Origin: Candidatus Rariloculaceae bacterium
Lineage (GTDB): Bacteria; Pseudomonadota; Gammaproteobacteria; Steroidobacterales; Rariloculaceae
Direction: 5' to 3'
Length of the DNA stretch: 64,000 bases
Assembly (NCBI GenBank): GCA_965205045.1
Contig: OZ242031.1
Location: forward strand, 62,807-126,806
This document shows, piece after piece, positions 9,281 to 16,646 of this stretch (within the stretch, counting starts at the first letter, position 1; every line of letters begins with the position of its first letter). The translations under genes and the position numbers were made by a program. The notes under the pieces were generated by a model. That model worked only from the letters and a program-made list of their open reading frames with translations, ran no database searches and was not told the origin of the DNA.

Positions 9281-11194
9281 TTGACACAAATCGATCCCGA
9301 ATTGCCCGCCGCGCGCGACGGGCGCCAACTCGACGCGGACGACCTGCTGCGGCTCGGACGCCGCCACCTGCGGGACAATCGGCCCGCGGCGGCACTGGAC
9401 GTGTTGCTGGAACTGGAGCGGCTTTCCCCGAACGATTCGCTTGTCTTCCAGGAACTGGGGCGCGCGCATGCTGCGCTGGATGCGACCGTCAAGGCCATCG
9501 GCGCCTACGAGAGGGCCACCCGGCTGAACCCGGCGCTGCTTCGGAGCTGGCAGGCGCTCGCCGAACTGCAGCAGGCGCGCGGAGACGCAGGGCAGGCGGC
9601 AGAGGCGCGGGCGCGCGCCAGGTTCCTGCGCGGGATGCCGAAGGACCTGCGTGCCGTGGCGAGCCTGTTGCATCGGAAAAAACTGCGCCAGGCGGAGACC
9701 CTTTGCCGGGACTTCCTCAAACGGTTCCCCGGAAACACCGAGGGAATGCGCTTGCTGGCGAATATCGGCGCTGAACTCAACATTCTCGACGACGCGGAGT
9801 TCCTGCTGGAAAGCGCACTGGTCTTCCGGCCGGATTTCCGGGCCGCGAGGTTCGACTACGTCAATGTCCTGCGCAAGCGCCAGAAGTTCGAGCCGGCCAT
9901 GGAGCAGGTCGGGATGCTGCTCGAATCGGATCCGGACAACGAGCGGTACCGCTCCATGTACGCCAGCATCTGTCTTGCGGTCGGGGAAACGGAGGCTTCT
10001 CTTGCGGCGTACGAGCAGCTCACCAGGGAGCATCCCAATCCGCTCAATTTCCTGCATCGGGGGCACGCGCTCAAGACCGTCGGCCGGCAGGCGGAGGCGA
10101 TCGCTTCGTATCGCCGGGCGACGCGTCTGAAACCCGACTTCGGCGACGCCTACTGGAGTCTCGGCAATCTCAAGACCTACCAGTTCGAGGACTCCGAGAT
10201 CGGGCGGATGAAGGCCTGCGAAGCGGACGCCGGCACATCGTTCGCGGATCGCTTTCATCTCTGCTTCGCACTGGGCAAGGCACTGGAGAATCGCGAGGAG
10301 TACGCCGAATCGTTCGAGTACTATGCTCGCGGCAACCGTCTGAAGCATTCGGAAACGAATTGCGACCCGCGTCGCATCGAGTCGGAAGCGAAGCGCCAGC
10401 TCAGCGTCTGCGGCCGGCGGCTCTTCAGGCGACGCGCCGGCCTCGGATGGCCCGCTGCCGATCCGATATTCATCGTCGGACTCCCGCGCGCCGGCTCGAC
10501 GCTGCTGGAACAGATCCTGGCATCGCATCCCCAGGTCGACGGGACCTTCGAGTTACCCAATATTCTCGCCCTGGCGCACAAGCTCAACGGCCGCCCGACC
10601 CGGCACAGCGAGCCCGAATACCCCGGCGTCCTGCGTCGGTTGCGCACCGAAACCCTGCGAAAGCTGGGCAAGCAGTACATCGACTCGACCCGCATCTACC
10701 GGCAGGGCGCGCCGTTCTTCACGGACAAGATGCCGAACAACTTCCGCCACATCGGCCTGATCAAGCTGATATTGCCCAACGCCCGGATCATCGACGCGCG
10801 CCGGGATCCCATGGCCTGCTGCTTCAGCGTGTACAAGCAACTCTTCGCCGAAGGCCAGGAGTTTTCCTACAGCCTCGAAGACGTCGCCAGGTACTACCGG
10901 ACCTACGTCCGGCTCATGGAGCATTGGAACGCGGTGTTTCCGGGACAGATTTGCCTTGTGCGGTACGAAAACGTGGTCAGGAATATCGAGACGGAAGTTC
11001 GCAGGTTACTGGACCATTGCGGACTGCCGTTTCACCGCGGCTGCCTGGATTTCCACAAGACCAGCCGCGCCGTGCGTACAGCCAGCTCCGAGCAGGTTCG
11101 GCAACCGCTTTATACCAGCGGTCTCGAGCAGTGGAAGCACTACGACGCCCACCTTCAACCCCTGAGAGACGCGCTGGGAACGGAGGGAGCCTGA
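9281..11194 (+). CDS. TPR-repeat-containing sulfotransferase family protein
   Basis: 637 aa. The N-terminal half has repeated TPR-like A/L/Y patterns. The C-terminal half has the PAPS-binding 5'-PSB-like motif IFIVGLPRAGSTLLEQILASHPQV and later RDPMACCFS. The start is TTG at 9281 and is uncertain. Confidence 0.8.
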   Translation: MTQIDPELPAARDGRQLDADDLLRLGRRHLRDNRPAAALDVLLELERLSPNDSLVFQELGRAHAALDATVKAIGAYERATRLNPALLRSWQALAELQQARGDAGQAAEARARARFLRGMPKDLRAVASLLHRKKLRQAETLCRDFLKRFPGNTEGMRLLANIGAELNILDDAEFLLESALVFRPDFRAARFDYVNVLRKRQKFEPAMEQVGMLLESDPDNERYRSMYASICLAVGETEASLAAYEQLTREHPNPLNFLHRGHALKTVGRQAEAIASYRRATRLKPDFGDAYWSLGNLKTYQFEDSEIGRMKACEADAGTSFADRFHLCFALGKALENREEYAESFEYYARGNRLKHSETNCDPRRIESEAKRQLSVCGRRLFRRRAGLGWPAADPIFIVGLPRAGSTLLEQILASHPQVDGTFELPNILALAHKLNGRPTRHSEPEYPGVLRRLRTETLRKLGKQYIDSTRIYRQGAPFFTDKMPNNFRHIGLIKLILPNARIIDARRDPMACCFSVYKQLFAEGQEFSYSLEDVARYYRTYVRLMEHWNAVFPGQICLVRYENVVRNIETEVRRLLDHCGLPFHRGCLDFHKTSRAVRTASSEQVRQPLYTSGLEQWKHYDAHLQPLRDALGTEGA

Positions 11195-11204
11195 ACGATT
11201 CGCT

Positions 11205-11942
11205 TCAGGCTTCGGTGCCGGATGGCGTATCCCCCGATTCGTCGGCGCACGACCGCAGTGCGTGCAGCCCTACCGGCGATCCGTTGAACTCCGCCATCGC
11301 ATCGAGGATGACTTCAAGAGCGTATTCCGCGGCCACCGAATTCACCAGCACCAACAGGCACGGGCACTCGGAAAGGTCGTGGCGAACGACGATCGCCGAG
11401 AGGTGCGCCACGGAAGTCTGCGCCACGCCGCCGTCGGCGAACACCCGGGGCCTCAGATCCACTGCGCAGATCTTCGACAGCAGTTCGACGGCCCATGTGC
11501 CCGTCAGTGCCAGACAGCAGTGGCTGTCCAGCCTCGGCAACGCGTACATCCGCCGTGCGGGCAGGTCGCTGAAGATCTCGAAACCGGCCAGCGAGCCGCC
11601 ATGCCGCAACAGACGCGTGGCGAGCAACAGGTATTCGTTGTCGGACAGCCGCACCAGCGCATCGCCGTTCGCCTGCCTCGTCGCCAGGTTCGGCGACAGC
11701 GGTACGCGCAACCCCCGGTGAGCGAGCCAGTCCGTGGCCCCCGGGCCGGTCACACCTGTACGGGGCATGGTCGTCAGGTCGCACAGACCCAGCCTGCGGG
11801 CCGCCGAGACTTCGTCGGCTTTCGCGCCATACCGGACAACCGGCAGAGAGCCGCCGTCCCCGACGAATCGGGCGCCGTTTCGCCGATGCCAGCGATGGAG
11901 CATCGAGCGGCGGCGCAGGGGTCGGAAACGTTCGTTTGGCAT
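11205..11942 (-). CDS. soxG: Sarcosine oxidase (heterotetrameric type) gamma subunit
   Basis: The start is set at ATG 11942 (MPNERFRPL...), 3 nt after the soxA stop. At 245 aa it has SoxG length, is the last gene of the B-D-A-G order, and has a GcvT-like C-terminal fold pattern. The listed 319-aa ORF over-extends into soxA. Confidence 0.75.
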   Translation of the reverse strand: MPNERFRPLRRRSMLHRWHRRNGARFVGDGGSLPVVRYGAKADEVSAARRLGLCDLTTMPRTGVTGPGATDWLAHRGLRVPLSPNLATRQANGDALVRLSDNEYLLLATRLLRHGGSLAGFEIFSDLPARRMYALPRLDSHCCLALTGTWAVELLSKICAVDLRPRVFADGGVAQTSVAHLSAIVVRHDLSECPCLLVLVNSVAAEYALEVILDAMAEFNGSPVGLHALRSCADESGDTPSGTEA

Positions 11943-11944
11943 CG

Positions 11945-14770
11945 CTACAACTCCTGCCGCGCGTTGCCGGGATCGTAGAACGGCGTTCTCACAACCTGCG
12001 CCGTGACCCGGCGTTGCCGGTCGCAGCGAATCGTCAACCGGCTTCCCGGCTCGGCCCTGTCGGGCGGCACATACGCCAGGCCCACGATCTTGTTCAGGGC
12101 AGGCGAACGCGCGACTGACGTGACGCGGCCGATCAGCCGCTGCGCGTCCACCAGCAGGTGGCACTCCCTGGGCACGGCGCCGGCAGGATCCTCGATGCGA
12201 AAGCCCGCCAACACCCGCTCCGGGGGCCGGCTGTCGTGCACCTTCAGACTGCGCTTGCCCACGAAGAAGGGTTTCCTGGCGGCGATCGCCCAGCGCATGT
12301 TCAACTCCATGGGCGTGGACAGCGCGTCGGTGTCCTGGCCCACAAGCACGTGGCCCTTTTCCAGCCTCAGAATCCGCTGCGCCTCGATACCGACCGGGCG
12401 AATGCCGCCGGTGGCGTTGCCTTCGCCGGACGCACCGCCTGCGCCGGCCGACATGATGGTGTCCCAGAGAGCCTCCCCACAGTGCTGCGGCGCATGGACT
12501 TCGTAGCCGAGTTCACCGACGAAGCCGGTCCTGAGCACGATCGCGGGGGCGCCCGCCACGTTGCCCCGGCGAACGCCCAGGTAGGGGAAGGCCTCGCGGC
12601 CGAAATCGATGTCGCTGTCGACGCCGGCCAATACCTCCCGCGACCGGGGCCCGACGACGCTGACGCCGCAATACGCGCTGGTAAGGTTGGCCAGGCTGAC
12701 GTCGAGCCGCCACTGGGCATTCCAGTGCAGCATCGTTCGGAAGACCCGCTCGGCGCCGCCTGTGGTCGTGGTGACGTAGAAGTCGCGATCATCCAGCCGA
12801 CAGACGACACCGTCGTCGATGACGAAGCCCGCTTCGTTGGTCATCAGCGCATAGCGCAGCGTGCCGACCCGCTGGCGGGCATAGGCGAACGTATGGATCC
12901 TGTTCAGAAACTCCGCGGCATCCGGCCCTCGTACCGCAATGCCGCCCAGGGTGGATACGTCGATGGCGCCCGCGCCGTTGCGCACGGCCAGAACTTCCCG
13001 CGTTACGGCATCGCCGAATTCATCCTTTCCGCCGTAGTACGCCGGCCGGCACCAGGCGCCTGCCTGCAGGAACTGGGCCCCGGCTTCCACGTGTCGATGG
13101 TGGATGCTGCTGCGTAGCGCCGGGTAATGGCGCCGGCCGGCGCAGTGGGCGAGCGTAACCGCTGCCAGGGGCGGCCGCGCGGTGGTGACGCCGGTGTCCG
13201 AGAGGCTGCGTCCGGTCTCGGCAGCGACCAGGCGCGCGGTGGCCAGCGCCGACAACCGGCCCTGGGACGGACCCATTCCGCTGGTGGAGTAGCGCTTGAC
13301 GAGTTGGATGTGCTCGTAGCCTGATTGCACGGCATGGCGTATGTCGCGAATCTGCAGATCTTCGTCCAGGTCGACGAATTCGTTCCCGCCCGGATGCGGA
13401 AAGATCGGGCACGGAGCGCCGCCATCGTTGCAACCGGACGCCACGCTGCCACCCAGCGTGAACCCTTCGGGCAGGTCGGCAAGCGCGAACGTGGCCCGTC
13501 CGGGTTCGTAAACGAGTCGGGCGCCGGCCTGGCAGGCCAACTGCCAGGCCGGCATGCGGCCGACGGACATGCACACCAGGTCGCAGTCGATGCGCCTGCT
13601 CCGGCCATCCAGCCGGCCCGGCGCGACGATGCGGCGCACCTCTACCGACCGGACGTGCCGGCGCCCCCGCGCGGCCTGGATCGCATGCCCGGCCAGCACC
13701 TCGATGCCCGCCTCCCGCACTTGGTCGGTCCGGGCGTCGCTCGGGGGCCTGTCCCGCTGATCGACGACGGCGGCGAGGTCCACATCCGCGTCAATCAGGT
13801 CGAGCGCAACTCCATACGCAGAGTCATCGGCGGCCAGCACCACCGCCCGCCGCCCGGGGCGCACACCGTACGGCTTGATCAGCCGCTGGGCCGCCGTGCC
13901 CAGCATGATGCCCGGCAGGTCGTTGTTGCGAAACAGCGCGGGCTGTTCGATCGTTCCGGAGCAGAGCACCACGCGCCCCGCCCGCAGCTTGATCAGCCGG
14001 TTGCCCCGGATGATTTCCAGCCAGTGGTCCGCGTACCACCCGTTCACGGTGGCGCCCGTCATGAGTTCAATGCCGGGCACGGCCCTGACCGCATCCAGAA
14101 AAGTCCGAAGCTGCCTGGCTTCATGCGCGCCATCCGCGCAGGCGCGGGCATAGTGCAGCGATCCGCCGGCGGCGTCCTGCTCGTCGATGAGCAACACGTC
14201 GCCGCCGTCCCGCGCCGCATCGATCGCCGCCTGCATGCCCGCAGGACCCGCACCGATCACCGCTACGTCGCAGTGCCTGTACTGCTTGTCGCAGTCCCCG
14301 GGGACGGCGTGCTCGTCCAGGACACCCAGTCCGGACATGCGGCGAAAGTACCTCGACCACAGGTTCCAGACGCCCCGTGGCCGGAAAAACGCGTGATAGT
14401 AGAAGCCTGCCGGCAGGAAACGCGAAAACCACTGGATCCAGGCGTTGCGGTCGCGTTGCAGCGAGCCGCTGTAGTGCTGGCCCGCCGCGACGAGGCCCTC
14501 CCGAATCGGGATGAGTTCCGCAACGCAGTTCGGACGTCCCGGCAGCGCGATCAGCGTGTTGCCGTCCTGGCCTGCCATGGTCATGACGCCGCGGGGGCGG
14601 TGATACTTGAACGACCGGCTCAACAGCCAGACATCGTTGGCGGCCAGTGCGCTGGCGACGGTATCGCCTGCATAGCCCGTATATCGGCGCCCCTCGAAAC
14701 TGAACGTGACCGGGCGGTCGCGGTCGATCAGGCGCCCGTTGGGGGCCGGCAGCCGGTTCTGCCCGGTCAC
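11945..14770 (-). CDS. soxA: Sarcosine oxidase alpha subunit (FAD/NAD-binding + GcvT-like folate-binding domains)
   Basis: The start is set at GTG 14770 (VTGQNRLPAPNGRLIDRDRPVTFSFEGRRYTGYAGDTVASALAANDV), which overlaps the soxD stop as GTGA. It carries the Rossmann motif DVAVIGAGPAGMQAAIDAA. The Arg-rich 166-aa upstream extension of the listed ORF is non-coding-like. Confidence 0.88.
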   Translation of the reverse strand: MTGQNRLPAPNGRLIDRDRPVTFSFEGRRYTGYAGDTVASALAANDVWLLSRSFKYHRPRGVMTMAGQDGNTLIALPGRPNCVAELIPIREGLVAAGQHYSGSLQRDRNAWIQWFSRFLPAGFYYHAFFRPRGVWNLWSRYFRRMSGLGVLDEHAVPGDCDKQYRHCDVAVIGAGPAGMQAAIDAARDGGDVLLIDEQDAAGGSLHYARACADGAHEARQLRTFLDAVRAVPGIELMTGATVNGWYADHWLEIIRGNRLIKLRAGRVVLCSGTIEQPALFRNNDLPGIMLGTAAQRLIKPYGVRPGRRAVVLAADDSAYGVALDLIDADVDLAAVVDQRDRPPSDARTDQVREAGIEVLAGHAIQAARGRRHVRSVEVRRIVAPGRLDGRSRRIDCDLVCMSVGRMPAWQLACQAGARLVYEPGRATFALADLPEGFTLGGSVASGCNDGGAPCPIFPHPGGNEFVDLDEDLQIRDIRHAVQSGYEHIQLVKRYSTSGMGPSQGRLSALATARLVAAETGRSLSDTGVTTARPPLAAVTLAHCAGRRHYPALRSSIHHRHVEAGAQFLQAGAWCRPAYYGGKDEFGDAVTREVLAVRNGAGAIDVSTLGGIAVRGPDAAEFLNRIHTFAYARQRVGTLRYALMTNEAGFVIDDGVVCRLDDRDFYVTTTTGGAERVFRTMLHWNAQWRLDVSLANLTSAYCGVSVVGPRSREVLAGVDSDIDFGREAFPYLGVRRGNVAGAPAIVLRTGFVGELGYEVHAPQHCGEALWDTIMSAGAGGASGEGNATGGIRPVGIEAQRILRLEKGHVLVGQDTDALSTPMELNMRWAIAARKPFFVGKRSLKVHDSRPPERVLAGFRIEDPAGAVPRECHLLVDAQRLIGRVTSVARSPALNKIVGLAYVPPDRAEPGSRLTIRCDRQRRVTAQVVRTPFYDPGNARQEL

Positions 14771-15099
14771 TGGCCCGTCTCCCCGCCCCCGCCCGGGCCG
14801 TCGTGCTCGGCGACGCCATCGACGGCGACGGCGCCGTCGACCGTGTTGACGTCCTCGGCCAGCAATACGCGCAGGATCACGTCCGTTCGGGTATCGCGCT
14901 CGACCAGGAACCAGAAGGCACTGGCCGTATGGCACCACCATTCCAGCACCTTCCCATCGCGGTTTTCGTGGAAGAACACGTATTCGGCCCACTCCCGGTC
15001 GCTTGCGGAATCCGGGTCCAGTGGCGCGCGGTATTCGCCGCCGTAGGTAAACTCGGCGATATTGCGCGGGCCGTTCAGCGGGCAGTCGAGGATCTTCAT
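14767..15099 (-). CDS. soxD: Sarcosine oxidase delta subunit
   Basis: 110 aa. MKILDCPLNGPRNIAEFTYGGEY...WWCHTASAFWF matches the SoxD zinc-ribbon-like family. There are 4-nt overlaps with soxB (ATGA at 15099) and soxA. Confidence 0.88.
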   Translation of the reverse strand: MKILDCPLNGPRNIAEFTYGGEYRAPLDPDSASDREWAEYVFFHENRDGKVLEWWCHTASAFWFLVERDTRTDVILRVLLAEDVNTVDGAVAVDGVAEHDGPGGGGETGQ

Positions 15100-16340
15100 C
15101 AGTGACCCGCGGCCGTCGCGCCGGCTTCGTTGACCTGCCGGAAACGATGGAAACGCTCCAGTTCGAAGGGCCGGATGAGATCGGGCACCTCACCGGTAGC
15201 GATGAGTTGCGCCATTGTCGTGCCGCAGACGGGCGTAGCCTTGAAACCCCAGGTGCCCCAGCCCGCATCCAGGTAGTAGTTGTTCACCGGGGTTCGGCCC
15301 ATGATCGGGCTGTAGTCGGGCGTCATGTCCGTAATCCCCGCCCATTGGCGCAGCACGCGGGCGTTGCCGAGAAACGGGAACAGCTCCAGTGTCGCCGCTG
15401 CGAGCGATTCCCTGAGACTCAGGGTGGCGCGCGTATTGTAGAGCGGGTAGGGATCGGAGCCGCCGCCGATGACAAATTCGCCGCGGGAGGATTGCTGGAT
15501 GTAGACATGCAGGTGGGGCGAACTGACCAGTGGCGACAGCAGCGGCTTGTACGGCTGCGTCACCATCGCCTGCAAGGGATAGGTGTGAATCGGCAGCCGA
15601 ATGCCCGCCATGCGGGCCACCGCCGAACTCATACCGGCGACGGCCTGTACCAGACAGCCGCAGCCGACCCGGCCGCGGTTTGTCTGCACGCCCGCGATTG
15701 CACCGTCGCGGATGTCGATACCCTGCACTTCGGTCAACTGATGCAACTCCACGCCCAGCCGGCAGGCGGCCCGGGCGTAACCCCACACCACGGCATCGTG
15801 ACGTGCCGTGGCACCGTCGGCGTGCCAGAGCCCACCAAGGATCGGGAAACGCGAGTCGTCGTCCATACGCAGGTTGGGCACCAGTTCACGGATGGTTCCC
15901 GTATCGACGAGTTCGGAGCGAACGCCCAGGTGCCTGTTGACTTCCGCGCGCCATCGAAAGCCCCGGATGGCGGCGTCGCTGTGGGCCAGCGTCAACTGCC
16001 CGCGGTTCTCCAACAGGATGTTGTAGTCCAGTTCGTTGCTGAGGCCCTGAAACAGCCTGACGGACTCGCGATAGAAGGCGACGCCCTCTTCGGTCAGGTA
16101 GTTGGAACGTATCACCGCAGTATTGCGGGCCGTATTCCCCCCGCCCAGGTAACCCTTCTCCAGGATGGCGACATCACGGATGCCATGTCGTCTGGCCAGG
16201 TAATAGGCGATGGCCGCACCATGTCCGCCGCCACCGATGATGACGACGTCATAGCTCCGTTTCATCGGCGACGCGGGCGGAAGATGCGCGCGGCCGGCCC
16301 GTCTGCCGCCCAGACCGAATTTCAACAGCCCCAGCGCCAT
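15099..16340 (-). CDS. soxB: Sarcosine oxidase beta subunit (FAD)
   Basis: 413 aa. YDVVIIGGGGHGAAIAYYLARRHGIRDVAILEKGYLGGGNTARNTAVIRSNY is the SoxB N-terminal FAD signature. The ~25-aa leader before it is usual for SoxB. Confidence 0.9.
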   Translation of the reverse strand: MALGLLKFGLGGRRAGRAHLPPASPMKRSYDVVIIGGGGHGAAIAYYLARRHGIRDVAILEKGYLGGGNTARNTAVIRSNYLTEEGVAFYRESVRLFQGLSNELDYNILLENRGQLTLAHSDAAIRGFRWRAEVNRHLGVRSELVDTGTIRELVPNLRMDDDSRFPILGGLWHADGATARHDAVVWGYARAACRLGVELHQLTEVQGIDIRDGAIAGVQTNRGRVGCGCLVQAVAGMSSAVARMAGIRLPIHTYPLQAMVTQPYKPLLSPLVSSPHLHVYIQQSSRGEFVIGGGSDPYPLYNTRATLSLRESLAAATLELFPFLGNARVLRQWAGITDMTPDYSPIMGRTPVNNYYLDAGWGTWGFKATPVCGTTMAQLIATGEVPDLIRPFELERFHRFRQVNEAGATAAGH

Positions 16341-16559
16341 CGTCGCGATTCCGTTTCTGCTCAGGTTGCCGCGGGCGTCCGGCCCGTTGCGCTGCGCACG
16401 CTCCTAGCCGGTCACCTGCTTCCCGCGATGATCGGCGACCTTATGGCAGTGGTCAATCCGGCTGCGGTGATCATGAGAAATTCTTATCGGCGGCGTTAGC
16501 GCACAGGAGCCAGTCGGAGATCTGCCGGACAAATCCAGCGCGCCCGAGAGGCGCACGAA

Positions 16560-16590
16560 GTGTCATAATATATATTCATTTATGAGACAC
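16560..16590. promoter_or_regulatory. AT-rich near-palindrome upstream of the DUF5916 gene (promoter/operator candidate)
   Basis: GTGTCATAATATATATTCATTTATGAGACAC has GTGTC/GACAC arms flanking a ~21-nt nearly pure A/T core. It lies 57-87 nt upstream of ATG 16647, in a genome where A/T runs are otherwise rare. Confidence 0.25.
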
Positions 16591-16646
16591 TACGCCAGTC
16601 GCGACTGCGAACAGCTGATGTGGTGCCGATCGCGGTGCGTTTGAAA

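Noticed and set aside
6817-9498. An 893-aa minus-strand ORF opposite the TonB-dependent receptor
   Set aside because: It is a shadow ORF. It fully overlaps a gene with clear plug/barrel signatures, and its own translation is Arg/Gly/Val-rich with no domain pattern.
14771-15268. A 166-aa N-terminal extension of the soxA ORF (includes an RRRRRRR run)
   Set aside because: It overlaps soxD and soxB in another frame and is Arg-rich junk. A GTG at 14770 that overlaps the soxD stop gives the conserved SoxA N-terminus.
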